A stretch of 64,000 bases of DNA from Perna viridis. Lineage: Eukaryota. The stretch lies in the NCBI GenBank assembly GCA_037379345.1, contig CM074521.1, forward strand, positions 24,204,704-24,268,703. The letters are read 5' to 3'. The translations under genes and the position numbers were made by a program. The notes beneath the pieces are model-generated. The model had not been told where the DNA came from, did no database searches, and was given only the letters and a program-made list of their open reading frames with translations. Positions 27,501 through 42,500 of the stretch are shown here, piece by piece (positions within the stretch are counted from its first letter, which is position 1; every line of letters starts with the position of its first letter).

Positions 27501-30500
27501 GGGGTAAAGGCAGTATTAAAAAGAACTAAACCATGTTTTTACCACTATTGTGTCTTCCCCATTGGACGTCTGTATAATCTATTAATAAGTAATTAATTTT
27601 CCAAGACAACCTAATGAATCAAAAGTCTACGTTAGAATCAGGCCAGGTTTGGAAAATCTAAAACATGCCTGTCAAAAACACTGATAATACATGTTTTACG
27701 TATATATTCTTCTATGATTAACATTTGGTGGCAACCACAAAGCAGAATTTAGAAAAAAAATCAATAAAATGTAAGAAAATTGCACTAAATGGCAAAGCTG
27801 CCCAAATTTATTTTTGTAGTTTATTTTTATAACAACATAATTCATTGCACCAATGGAGTTTAGATAGTGTTATTCACTTCTTCATATGGTTAAAGTTAAC
27901 TGTCTCAGTGAGATTGGTTTTGTACCCACTACCTGATTCTTAGACAGACTGGTACATAATATTTACAAATTTCGACGATCCATGAGCCTTGGTTTCTTCT
28001 GTTGGAGAATTCAACACATTTGAGAAAGGGATCTCAGCGTTAAATCTCACTGACTGCATAAGACGAATTACACAACTTGACACATTCCTGAAGGACAGCT
28101 TCTTTGCTCGTATGTTGTGAACATCCGACTTGTTTAGGAATTTGCTAGGAATCTGAATAACCAAAATATATATATATATATGCATGTAAAAATAAATTCC
28201 TTTAGAAAATAAAATAAACATTTGACTGAATTGATTTCAGATGTCATAGACACGTCATTAACGTATGCGCATATCAAATCACAATTTATAACCACATTTG
28301 ATAATGTAACTGCACGCCAGAACAAAGAAATATCAAAAACATATCAACTCCAATGATCATCCTAACCTTTAAATTAATTGAACAAAATGAATCTGAAGCT
28401 TTGGTCCACCTTTTGACTGTTAAATCTTTTCTTTTAATCCATTTGATATAGATATATCCACAGAGTTATGTTTTAGCTTTATTTACAAAACATTAGTAAA
28501 AAAATATTTCTTAAGAGAAAAATCGTTCTTTGATATTATATTTTTTTATGATAATTGCGTCACGATGAATCGACTCCTAACACAAATCTTATTTTTGTTG
28601 TTTTAAAACTGAATTGAATAATTTCTAGCATATTGTACTAGAGAATTTATAAAACATCCAAAACGTAATGGCCAATTTGAGGAATTATGCATGTCGACTT
28701 GCTGTAGATGTATTACCGATGAAAGAAACAAATTATGTTTGATGAATTATTACAAATATTGATATTTGGCAAAGCACGAAACAAATAAAACATCACTGGC
28801 CATAACGATGTTTGTTCATACAACACTTTAACACCAAGGTAATAAGAGACAAAAGCAATGATTCTTCACAATCCATATAGCTATTTGTGATAACCAGAAC
28901 AATCTATTTTATTTCATTATATCATCTTGTTTATCCTGAGGAACCAAACGTTTATCTTTTTGTAAAAATTCATCTATACATCTTTTTTAAGTCTGGTTTA
29001 AATTGGGCTAGGAATTGTTTTTTTTTGCAGTTGAGAAAAATGCAAAAGGATTACGGGAGATGGACAACAGAAGGACGCAAGGTAATGGGAAAAGCGCACA
29101 TGGACCTTTGATGCAGGTGAGCTAAAATGAATTGTTTATGATATTTGATTGAAAAATGCATAGATTGTAAATATAGTAGTTTGAACAAAAATATGAAATG
29201 TTCAGCACATCTTGTAGAAGCTAAAGATTACGATTATAACAGGATAACTAAATCCGTTGCCCAAATGAATAAAAAGCCTCCTTTTTCAAGTAATGTTTTG
29301 TTAAATTATTATTCTTATTACATCTAAGAACACATAGAAGTTAACAATATTGAAAAAAATTGTTCACAAAAGTTCAGATCAACAAAAAGGCAAAATTGAA
29401 TTTAACATCGAATGTATAATTGCATCAATGATAAAACTCATTTGATCTTGAATAACAAGAAACTGTTTCCGATGTTTTTTTTCCAATATATTTGTTCATA
29501 TTTTCATCAAGGTCATGCGTTTATTAAGTAAACGGAGTAGCAGATATAATTAAAACATCAATGGCCATATTGATATTTTCTGGTAAATACTGAAAAACTA
29601 ATGTGTACTTTGGAATGAAGTATATCTTTCTCTCAAGAGCGTATCACTACTTGTGATCTTACAATAAGCAGTTTGGCTATTCATCAATGTTTTAACAGTT
29701 TATTCAAATGTATACATCAGTCGCTAATACGAAGGTCATGAATATTCATTTATAATACTGGTACTTACACTCTAAGTAAACGTTTCTCGTTAAGAAAAAT
29801 ATATTTGAATTTTACTCATTTTAATTTTTGCCATCACATGTATTCGATCATTTTCAAGTATAAACATATACATATCTCCATCAGATGAAATGGTTAACAT
29901 TGTAGTAAAGAGTAATGAAGGGAACCAAGGTTCTGGCGGAAATTTATCAATTAATAATGACTACATACAACAACCAAATGATTATGGAATTTCCGCTTTT
30001 GCATTGAACCTGACATTACTAATTGAAAACAAAGTATTAAACACTTTGATGAACATTTTGAAATGATATTTTTTATGTTTTTGTAATTCGTTTCTTCAAT
30101 AGCAAAACAGAATGTTCTAGTTAAAGCTGGTGATTACGTGTTTGTGGTAATCAACAAAACATCTGAAACAACAATGTAGATCAATAAGCATTTCCTTTAT
30201 ACATCTGATAGAGGTTAACGTACTGTTCTCATAAATTTATTTTAAAAGTCCAAAAGATATTTCTTCTTTATCACNNNNNNNNNNNNNNNNNNNNNNNNNN
30301 NNNNNNNNNNNNNNNNNNNNNNNNNNNNNNNNNNNNNNNNNNNNNNNNNNNNNNNNNNNNNNNNNNNNNNNNNNNNNNNNNNNNNNNNNNNNNNNNNNNN
30401 NNNNNNNNATATTTCCGTTACTTTTTGTATGATTTTGTATTTTTAATCTTTAAATTGACAAAAGAAAAATCAGTTTCATCGAGTAACCTTAATATAACGT

Positions 30501-33500
30501 ACTGGGATAGAACCTTATACAAAATACAAATACGAAAAACCCATTCAAAGACAACTATGACATTTAAAATGCCTGAAAAGTTCCATCAATATTAATCAAT
30601 ACAATTTCTAAGAATAATTTTGCATCAGTATTTTTTTTAATATCATTTATTAGATGTCTAAAATATGATACATATAACAAACGGTGTAAATTGATTATAA
30701 GTTACAAAGTTAATCTCCCATGAGATAAAAACTTTTTCCGCGTTGATGTGTACTTTTAGTTATGCAATGACTTAAAAACTTACTCTGTCAAGAATGTATG
30801 CTGTCATAGGCGTAATGAATTACAAATTATTCTACCATCAATAACTAACTTACTCTGCGTGGATGTGTACTTTTAATTAAATATGTTTCTATTCCCTTTT
30901 CCTTCAGAAATGAATTTCTTTCTCCACCTTCACCAGGTTCTACCTCATATTCACCGTGTAAATTGTCAAGAACTTCCTTTGTAATGTGCACCCGACTGAA
31001 AACATAATGAGTACCAACTTTAGAACATCTGAATAAAATGCATTTTTTTATACTTCAGTTCGGTTGCCAGTCCTCATCGGTTACACTTCTGGTACATCCG
31101 TCACATGCATCTATTTTTAAAAAGGGCGGGACTGAACAGAAAATTTCAAATGTTCTATGTTTGATTATTGCCGTCTGTATTTTATTTTTGAAAGCAATCA
31201 ATGCCTATTAAAGTCCATATAATTTGTTTCTCTTTATTTTACCATGATTGTTAATTTCAGCTTTTGAATTTATGTATTAATAACTGCTTTAGCAACTCAC
31301 ACAAAAATGGCTTATACTTCATAATCGGATCATTACTAAATAGACAACAATTCCCAACAACATGCCATTCTGAAGTTTTTAGTACTAAATAATTGTTCAC
31401 ACCACAATTTTATCTGCAAATTAAAATTCATCTTTTCAAATTGCATAAGGTATCATTACGTATATGATAAGATAAAATGATATTAACATTTAAGGAATAA
31501 ATGAATAACTGTAAACTTAAATAGAAATTGGCATTTTTTTCTATACTTCCAACGACCTAGGTCATCACCAATGTTATCTAATAATTAGATTTTGCTTACC
31601 CAGGAATACCACCGCTCTCCATCTGATTAGCTAGGGTTACGTCATTACTCCAAACGTCATATTGCCATTTTTTCAGACCAAGAACACCACATAAAACCCG
31701 ACCTGTGTGTAGGCCGACTCTCATGTTCAGATGGACATCACTGGTTTCACAGACCGAGCTGGAACACATTATTAAAAATCAATTACACACATAATAATGT
31801 TTATGTCTTTTTTTGTCTTTTCTTGTTTTTATTTTAAGGTAACCATCACATCATCATAAATTAAAAATAAATTAAATACATAATGAGGTATATATCTCCA
31901 TTGTTTAGACGGATCTAAGTAAATGTTTGAATTTGAATTTAAAGTTTTGTAGATTTGTATTACACTAAACATCATTTTTAATACATTGGTTTAGTATTTT
32001 TTTATCAAGACTTTAAAGCTACACGTTGCATTTGATTATTTACGAAAATAAAAACAAGAAAATCTGTGAGCGATGGTTACTTATGATACCTTGACTTCCA
32101 ATCCCGATATCAGGAACATAAACGAAGAAAAATGAATTCCACTATATGGCATACCTACAGGACAAATGTGTTGAAATATAAGGCCGCTGTAATGAATGGT
32201 TGTTGACAAAAATGCGGCGAAATTTTCAACTTTCAAAATTTGTCAAAAATAAACAAAGTCCTCGGTAAACAGGAAAGTGTTTTTAATTTTTTTTTCGAAA
32301 ATTTATCCCACCATATGGCATACCTTAAGGAAGAATGTGAACAATTTTCAAGCCACTGTGATGATTGATAAGTTGCGGAGAAAATGTGACGAAAAAAGGG
32401 GTACGGAAACAAGGACAAACAGAAACACGCACAAGAGTAAAACAGTATATCCCTATCTTTCGAAGCGGGAGTATAAAAACATTAAAAGAAACTTCTAGAT
32501 ATCATATCATATAAACAAATCATATGTTTCAATTTAACATAAGCTAAAGAACCAGACGTCAGTTTCACAAAAAGTCGTAAGTGTAAAATTGATCGCAGTT
32601 ATGACGTAACAATGCTGTTTTCCGTTATGACGTCAATACTTACGACTGCCTTTACGCTTACGACTTTTTGTGAGATTGATGCCAGAAGATAAAATAAGAT
32701 GTGTTGTCTGACTTAGGAGGAATAGCAACAAAGACACAAACATCACATATAAATCGGATTTAATCGAAGTTAAATATTAATTCCGTCCTTCTGTGAAAGT
32801 AATACTTTTACGATAGTCCCTGTGGTTCAAGATTTAAAAAAACAAGTAATATGTCTACCACTTATGTTCTAAAATATAAAATATGCTTCATTACTTTAAA
32901 AAAAATCTCATGATAATTTGTTTAAGCGGACAATTCAACATTTTGCAACATTTCAAATTCTGTAAAGGTAGTACTAATTTTCGCTTTTTTGGGATTCATA
33001 AATCAGCACGAAAACGGTATCAACGCAATTGACTTATTGTATGAAGGAACTGTATTTATATTTAAAACCCCACGGAAACGTTCATTTGACAAACATTAGC
33101 TAAACTTAATACAACTACAGCAACTTAATTCTACCTAACAAATGAGAGTGTAAGAACTTGTTTTGAACTCAACTGAAAATAATTATAATATTAATTCATG
33201 ATAATAGTATATCATACATAAAGAGTGACTTCCCCTCGTCGTACGACATTGTCATGTGACCGTGTCCTTTGACCAAAACGATTCCAATTTTTTGACGACT
33301 AAATCTATCAAGTTTAATGTCCAATATATTTGATTGCTGATTCTTGAATGTTCACGGGAATGTTTCGGACTGTTATACAGGCAGCAGGCAGCAACGCAGC
33401 TTAATTTGCGAGGGGATAATGATTGCCCACAATATATGTGAACATCGTTTAAAAAGTAGGGTTCGGTAAAGACTTGCCTTGTCGGTCCTCCAACGTATTA

Positions 33501-36500
33501 ACCAAAGAGGTATAAATATAAGGGTTTGGTTTCCTCCCACGTATACACCAGAGAGGTATAAATAGTGAAGACTTTACAATGAAATAACATATCCCAGCGG
33601 TTATAATCAATTACAAGGGAAGCTTCGCAAGAAAAATAATAATTTATTGGGAATAAGCACGATTTATTCGACCATTAATATCTAAATCTGTACATCATTT
33701 CTCGTATTTCAAGTCTAATTTCCTAACAGATAACGAATTTTTAAATTTATCTGAAATATAAAATAACTTATTGATTTCTCACTTTAGAAATTCTAAATGG
33801 TGATACATAACGATATTCATCTGGAGCATATACAGAGGAAAAAGGTTACTAGATAAAACATCTTTCGTGAATTTATTCACTAAAAATCAGTTTCTTTATA
33901 CCGTGTTGCACAGCCATCCACTACAGACATTCTACATCATTCGTATGTATCTTGTCAGGGATGAAAACAATTAAATGATATCCTGTTATTCCGATGACCA
34001 TTCTAATCAGACATAACCTTCCGTACGAAAATAAAGTTTTGTAAAACAAGTTCGTTTATATAGCCAATCGGAATAAGAATCAGACATTGTCAATGGAAGA
34101 TGTTCAACAATACACAAAACTCATCGAACAAACAATGCTTTTTTCGGTCTACAAAAGCCACTATTTAAGGTAACAGAAGTTATTTATGTATTTTTTAGGA
34201 GACCACACATTTATATCCTTCGCCTTCTTCAATAATCAATTCACTTCAGAAAGATAACTCTTGCATAGTGCCAATTTCGTAAACCATCTATGTTTATTTG
34301 TCTCACGATTGCAACAAAATAATACTGGTTATGTGGTCTGTAAGTACTTTTGCATTAGAAATAAAACTGAATTTGGTGGTTTTTTAAGTTTGTATAATAC
34401 CTACTGCACGGTAATTATAAAGCAAACAGGGCGTATCCATTTAAGTGTTAAACAAATATTATCAATTTAACAACCGCCCTTTTCGTCATTCAGTGACCCC
34501 TAACTGACAAAAGAAAACCCTAAGCAAGGAAAAAAACAAAAACTCCACCATTAGCTTTGTTTTTTGACGTATACCATAATGCGTCATTTAAAACCAAGGT
34601 GTCGGATTAGGCAGACTCAACTACCATTTCTGTAGTGAGACATAAACTGTGGTGTATGATGTATATGCAGGTAGCACGTGTATGATATCATGTTTTATGT
34701 AAATTTACTTACTGGATGGCTTCTATCATATCTAGTCCCATTTCTACAACACATTTAGCATGGTCCGGTCGAGATTCTGGCAGTCCACTTACACAATAGT
34801 AACAATCCCCCAAAATCTTGATTCTCATACAATGATTTTTCTGCAAATAGAATAATTCGCATTTGTTTCATGAACAAGCTATTTGACAAATCTGATAAAT
34901 TGTACAAACCCCTCATTTGAATGTTATTCGATGTTCAAACGATAGCTTAAAAAACATGGAGCAAGCATTACCTTTTTTTAAATACTAAAACATTATCAAT
35001 AAACACATTATACATCCATTCTACTCGGCATTCATTATCCTGTAAAAGACAAACAAAAACCGAAACCAAGGAAAAATTCTTTTTAAAAATCCCTTTTAAA
35101 TTTTTTTTTAATATAGTTCAACCTAAAAAGCTCCTAAAAATAATAAGTGATTAACACATTTTCAGCACAAAAGTATTTGAAAAAGCACTCATTTGAAGAT
35201 TTCGATAAGAAAAGTGTATTTAAAAGTTGGGTGTAGAAGATATTTATAGCTAAACTTTTTTTTTAAAGTTCAACTTTGAAACTGTACGGACGTTTCCAGC
35301 TTATTTACATCTTAAACAGGTTAAATTATTTAATGATTGACAGCACTTCTATGGGCAAGAACGTCGCAGGTGTTATTTGAAATACAACTATTTAATGTAT
35401 CACATTTTACTTGACTTTCAGTAAGAATGATACTATTTAAGAGAATAAATCAAACTAAATAGAAAACTTAGAAGAAATGGACACATTAACCCATATGTTT
35501 AACAGCTTGATTCTTATACGATAACAGAACAAAAAATCTTCATTTCATTGTGCCTGCCTATGACAATGACTTTTGTGTGCATTTCTTAAACACAGACCTA
35601 GCGTAGATTAATAATCTTGAGAACTGTTACGTAAATAAAGTCATAGTATTAGCCAAATTAAATGCATTGTCAAATTTTCTTTCTCGGAGACAATCCTACT
35701 TACTTCAAGCAGTATTTCTACAACTTATACTCAATTGAGACGTTCATTTGTCTGTGTAAAAGAATTTGATTAATTGACAGATTCTTTTACTCTAAACAGT
35801 TTTTGATGATAGAAGCCACAAATACTGACAATCAACTTTGACCTTTCAATTACAAATCGTTCAAGCAGGAGTGGTCATGTAAAAACAACTAATAACATTT
35901 CCTAAGAATCACTTAGTTTTAGTTCTGTTAATTATTCTTTGGATTATGGTTTAAACATGAAGTAGAAATACTGTAAACGTATTAATTTTCGCGGTTGCAA
36001 ATTTTCGCAGATTTCGTCACGCGACCATATTCGTGGGTATCAATCTTCGCAGTTTAAAAAAAATGATTAATGTTACATAGTTGAAAAAACGATTTCGCGA
36101 ATACTATTTTTCGCGCTTTTCAGTTTTCTGCAAAAATAGCGATAACTAGTTAATCGCAAAAATTAATACGTTTACGTTAATTTTATATAATTCTTTATCA
36201 CCGTTTTATGATACTCATAAGATTTAATTGCAAAAGAAATACGGTTGGTTTAAGCTAATGCTCTCTAGCTGTGCTTCATAAAAAAGGAAATTTGTTTGGA
36301 TGACAAAGTGCCTTAATTCATTTCCTAGTCAAAAATGGCCTAGTTTTTCCTCTCAAAAAGTAATTTTATCTAATAAAGGCAGTAATAATTCAGGATTTGA
36401 ATTTTCAATGTAGACTGATGCGTTTTCTGTGTAATGTTGAATCCATTTGAATGTAAAGGTCGTCCAATCAATAGTGCCTAGAACGGATTGTGAAAAATGA

Positions 36501-39500
36501 AATTTGTCTTAAATTTCTATATTCGTATGTAATTCTTGAAAACAAATCACGACGTCCCTGGAAATCACTCCTGAAAAAATGCCTCCATTCTTCGAATACT
36601 TAAAATTTATTCCATGTTTTTTTCTACCTAATGATGGACTTTATGAAAGTTTAACATTTACAGAAGCAATATTGGAAGATTGCATATCTATAAATATAAC
36701 TTGATAGGCTCGCCATGTAGTATTTTGCATAAAATTGTTGTTTGCTTCTAAAATTACTTGAAAACGTCTTCCAATCAATTATGCTTTATTGCCATGTTAA
36801 ATAAATATGGTTTCTTTATTGGTTCCTGGCATTCTGCGTGAAATAGCAAGAATGATAAAATATCGGAACTTATCGGAACTTTTCACTTTAAGTCTGTCAA
36901 TTTACGTATCCATGCAGTACGAAGACTTAATGTTGCGGATGTGATTTACACACTAAATGGATCAGTCAACTGACATGAAATCGTACAGGGAAAAAAACTA
37001 AATTGAAATAAAATTGATGATGAAAGTGATAGATGATTGTATGTTAATTTCGTTAATTTTTCATCTATGTTCAGCAATTGCATTACATAGATTATTTCCA
37101 TTTGTCAGTGATAACCGACATTTTTACTGCGCCGTTTGAACAATTCTAATTTAGCGTTACGTCATCCAGACGAAGTAAATACAAGCAATTTTTCAACAAT
37201 AAAATTTCCCTTCCATATCAAGTGATTGTTGTTGATTTGTTTTTCTTATCTATTACAAAAGTACATTATATGAATGTAAAAAACTGATTAATTTGAAGTA
37301 TATAAAGTTTGTACAACACCATCACTGAACACTACATGAAAACCAATTATAAATGTTTGAATCACATCTAATATTTAATAATATCTTTGCTATTAATAAA
37401 CAATTGAATTCAATCTGGATTCAAATTGTCAATCTTCTATAAACATTGAAAAGTTAGGAATATTTTGCACGTTTATCAATGAATAACCTCTCATCAACAG
37501 CTGTAAAACAAAAGTCTAAGGAAGTTCAACATCCAAAATTATATTTAGCAATCAAAAGCAAAGTTATATGAATATGATGCAAAATCAAGCACCACGCAGG
37601 TTAACCATGTGCACTATAAGGAATAAAGCTAAGGTGTTTTAGACGTTTCAAATTATGTCCCACTGCAAATTTCGGTCCTTAGCTTCGACAATGCAAATTT
37701 ACTTTACAAAGACCTCTATTCATATTAGTATATGTTTTATTGCATTAACCTTATACAAAAATGTACCGCTATCTTCAACTCTCAAAGTGACTACATTTTT
37801 TGTCTAAGCATTTTATTGCGGCGCCCCTTATTTTCTCTTTCCGATGTTCCATGTATTCTACAGGAAGAATTATGCTCGTATTTACTTGTTGGTTATTTAA
37901 AACATAACTAATCCTTTTACTTTACTTAGTGGATAAATCAATTATATTCTATTACGATCATAATATTGAAGGTTTTCTTAATTTTCTTTATTTTTTAGCC
38001 GCTACCATTCAATGTCATATTTTTGATACTTTCATAAACGTACCTTACAGAAAACTATAAATCTGTAATAATCAATACCAGATGCTTTGCCACCTTATCG
38101 AGTAACTTTATCAAGCTGTCAATTTCGAAGTTTTTTTATTCCCTGTTGTTTATTTAATCATGATTGTTTAGTAAACAGAAATTAACATGTGGCTTATTAT
38201 AAAACCCATGTTCATATGAGATATAATTTATAAGAACTGCACTATTGAATTAAAAATTAAGGGAGACAACACTGTAAATTACACAGAAATACAATAAAAA
38301 CTGTTGGATTTTCAATGTGGATTGTCTCCTATGAGCAGATAGATTGGAATGGATAATTCTACACTTCATCATAACGACCTATAAAGCAACTTAACAACAA
38401 AAATAAAAACAGTTATCCTTTTTGGGGTGTTTCATATTACAGAATTTGCATGATTCTTACAACGACTAACCTCTTTGTTGATATCTTTCACACCGTCGAT
38501 TTTACTAAGTTTATACATTGTCATCCGTGTGTATGTTTGGAAGGGGTAAAAACGTTTTTAAGCTTCATTGCAGATCTGAACAAGATATTCTGCTTATCTA
38601 GGTATTGAAGGTACCTATATTGATTCATGCATATTCCAGTCAAGGTCGCAGGTAACTGTATATGTCTTTACAGTGTAAATGTATTTCAAGCAAACATTTT
38701 CCTGTGTTTATTACCTTATACGATCAAAACCAGATGGATTCCACCCTAGAGTAAGTATATATAAGCAGTAGCAACCATTGATCATAGACATTGGAGAACT
38801 TTAATTCGCAATCTAACAAAAACAAAAATAATTGTTCCATTCGGACACTTTATGTTTGATTGAATAGAACTACATTCAGATGACCTATTCAGATTTCTCG
38901 GAGTTTCCCCTTACAATAACGTTTTCACAACCATGAAAGCTTAAATATTATGGACTAATAAAAACGGTCATATGACGAGAAAGTTCAATTTGGTTTTATT
39001 AGATCCTGCAATGGACTGAATGGAACAATCTTAAAGTTTAATAAAATTCTTCGAAGATTTTTAGTAAGGTAGCAGATTTGTTTTTTCCTAAGTTTTACGA
39101 GCACACCTTGATATGCTTCTTACATGTATCTTCAGATTGTCCTGTAAATTCATCCAACATTTCGATGATTTGCTCCTATTGAGATAGTAATATTTTTGTT
39201 GGTGTTTAAATCAATCGAAATGCTTTTAGGATCTAACAACTCTCTTCTATTTTCTATTTGTTCAGGTGTAATTTTCAAAATCCTCATATGATCGCTTTCA
39301 CAATCATGAACGAAAAATTCTGATTGGGTAATCCGTAAAGTCATGTAGAATTGAGTACTATTAGATCCCACATGCAGTGCCCGAATGGAACAGCTAAAAT
39401 GTCCAACTTTAATTAGATTAAAACAGTACATTTCATTTTGCGTAATGATGATACTTTCTAGATCTATACCAGATGCGCTCCTTACCTTGGCGAGGTAATC

Positions 39501-42500
39501 AAACCGTCCGAACAATTCGTTTAAGATCTTGACAAGCTCTTGAGCAGTACAATGTGAAGACAAATTGGTGAATCCTACTATGTCAGCAAACAGAATACTG
39601 AAACATAAAAAGCCAAAGTAATCCACAGAAAAATATTTGGTAGCTATTTTGTAAATTTTTATTTTGTTTTCAATCACCGACGGAAAATTATATTTCTTGG
39701 CGTAATGGAGTCAGAATAGATAGTATTGCTAAATCGAAACGCAGCATATGTCGTTGTCAGTGTGAATTACCATGATATCAGGTTAAAATATATGTGACAA
39801 TGAAAAGAATCATTAATACATATACATGTAAATGTGAGGCACAATTGCCATTGTCGGTGTGCATGGCGTCATTGGCAAAATAGCGATAAACATAATTGAC
39901 TGTATAGATAGCAGTGATTTTCTGAATGTTCCCAGTGTAAAAATATCGATATTTCACATTGTTCAATAAATTCTGTAATCTCACTATTGGGCTTTCTCTC
40001 GCCAAAACATCACAACACAAATATCAATCCGCCATTCACAAAATTTGCAATTTATGTTGAAAATAGCAACGAATAGTGGAGGAAATCTATATAATAAATA
40101 GGATAATCAATTGGTTGTCGTGAATAACCAAAATATGATTACTTCTACCAAGAACACAGTTAGATTTAACACGTGCGCGGAACAAGTTCCGCACACTCTT
40201 TAAATCTAGACGTTCTTGGGCACTCGTAATCATATTTTGATTATTCACTTTCCAATTAATTATCCTATTATCATTTTCATTGGTCAGTTTAATTGGCTAA
40301 CGCGAGAAAATCAACAACCCAAAGAGCGTCAACAATTTCTGCATCGATCATCAGGCGTATGGCTTTTGCCCCGGTACTCAGCTCTTTTTACAAATGTTGT
40401 CATTAGTGGTCTGAATGTTAGACTACTACTTTTGTGACGTCAGTGGTATTAGTGTTCGTATAAAAAATTGGAAATATTCTTAACCATCCAATTCCTCTGG
40501 TTCATAATGGAATGAACCGTGAACAGATAAAGTCTGGATAATCAGGGTTACTGTAATCTATAAATATCAATGACAATTTTGTTAAAGATATAGGGTTTGT
40601 AAGTCTCGCTCTAGTTTCAGTTTTCCTTCCGAAATTTCCGACGTAGAACGTATTGAAATTCGATGACCGATCTGTAGTTTTAATTCCGGGAAATCAAAAC
40701 GCTGCATTCACAATGCAAAATCTTCCATTTTATGCTCTTTTTAACATGTTTATCATATATAACTAGATATTTGTCATTTTTCATCAGTATTTTTACACAA
40801 TTTTTTTTTTTTTTTTGCTTTTAATGTTAATAACGAATCTCCGTGCATTTAAATGGGAGACGAGGACCCATTCTCATAAAATCACGAAGTCACGTGACGA
40901 GACTTACATACCCTGTTACATTGACGTATGAAGATTAGGTCTAACGGTCCAGAGCGGCAAAATTTCTTTAAAAAAGTCAAGTCTGAGAATATTCTGAACT
41001 GTCATGGTGAATGACTCCGATCAAAGACTTTGAAATTGATGACGTCATAAACAGTAAAGAACATTTGAGATTTTTTTTCAAAGTTTTGTGGAGCTGAGGC
41101 CAGGACTTTAAAACATGTTTTGGTGTAATTTGATATTGTTTGCCATGTGTTTTACCAACTGTTGTTTTTGTTTATTGTTCAAGTGAAATGTTTTTATTGG
41201 CAGTGTCCAAAAATAAATTACCTTTATCAAATTCAAGGCAATAGACAAGAATAAATTGGGAGGAAGCACAATGTATCATTTGTATTACCGCATCGTTGTT
41301 TAATTTTAAATAATTTTAAATTATACTCTGTTTTTATGAAGTTGCTAATTTTCCTTAAATAAATAAGTTACACCTTTAAACCTGAAATAGTCCTAAACAA
41401 GAAAATGAATTCATTAGCATTTACCCTTAATCTGGATTTAAAATGATATTTTTTTAATTTGAATATCGAGTTCTAATTTTAGTGTTTTCGCCTAATCAAA
41501 TACATTTGTTGTTGTATTATTTTGGTTGAATATCACTCTGGAATTAGACACTTACATATGTAAACAGAGAAATTTTTGTGTTGCCAAACTATATTTTCCT
41601 CTTCTGATTAATTTATTTACGATGTCTAAAAAAACTGGTCGACGGACGCCAGAGATAGATGGATGAAATAAACAAAATGGTCGACGGACGCCAGAGATAG
41701 AAGGCTGAAATAAATAGGATGGTCGACGAAACAAAAAATAGACGAAACATAAGCAAAATGGTCGATGGTCTCGATGGTCGCCACATATTGATGAATGTAA
41801 ACAAAATAGTCGACGAACGCCGGATATAGATGAACAATAACCAAAATGGTCGACGGACGCCAGATATAGATGAATATAAACAAAGCGGTCGACGGACGCC
41901 AGAGATTGATGGATGGAATAAACAGAATGGTCGGCGAACACAAGAGATAGACGAAGAAAATAAAAACGATGAATGCCTGACATAGACCAAGGAATAAACG
42001 CGGAATATAAGATGAAAACCATAGTTATCTGTTAAAATTGTAAAATTCCTATTCGGTAGTGTCTAAAGTGCTTTAGTTTTATTTATTTTTTTTTATTATT
42101 ATTATTATAAAATTGAATATCTTTTCATATTGGCACCTTATCAATTACCTGACATTTTTGTGACATTTGATGTAAATTTTGTGGAATTGTCCCCTGGTTT
42201 CTGGTGACGTCAAATCATCTTTCATTTCTATGGCAACGTGTTGTGGAAGCACACTTAGCAACAGTTTCTCCTGCAAAATAAACACAATTATAAAAACAGC
42301 GTTTAGCTATGGCAAAGTTAGTGGTGCAATGTTTGTTCAGTATATAATGAAGGTTGTGTCAATGATTTAAATGACCTAAAATACGTCAGAGTTTAACCAA
42401 CTGTAAAGAAAATGATTTATATGCTAGAGAAAATGAACATTAAACAATTTGATGTCGTTGGAATGGACTCTAATTTTATGATAATAATAAAAAATATTAA

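Noticed and set aside
39150-39677. 175-aa ORF as a stand-alone protein
   Set aside because: Only 39486-39597 is exon; the rest is intron read-through. The same applies to the ORFs at 13156, 14525, 14919, 16237, 22369, 23422 and 27940.
41637-41968. CRISPR-like repeat/spacer appearance
   Set aside because: The linkers are homologous to each other and the repeats are degenerate; it lies in a spliceosomal intron with no cas genes. It is a minisatellite.
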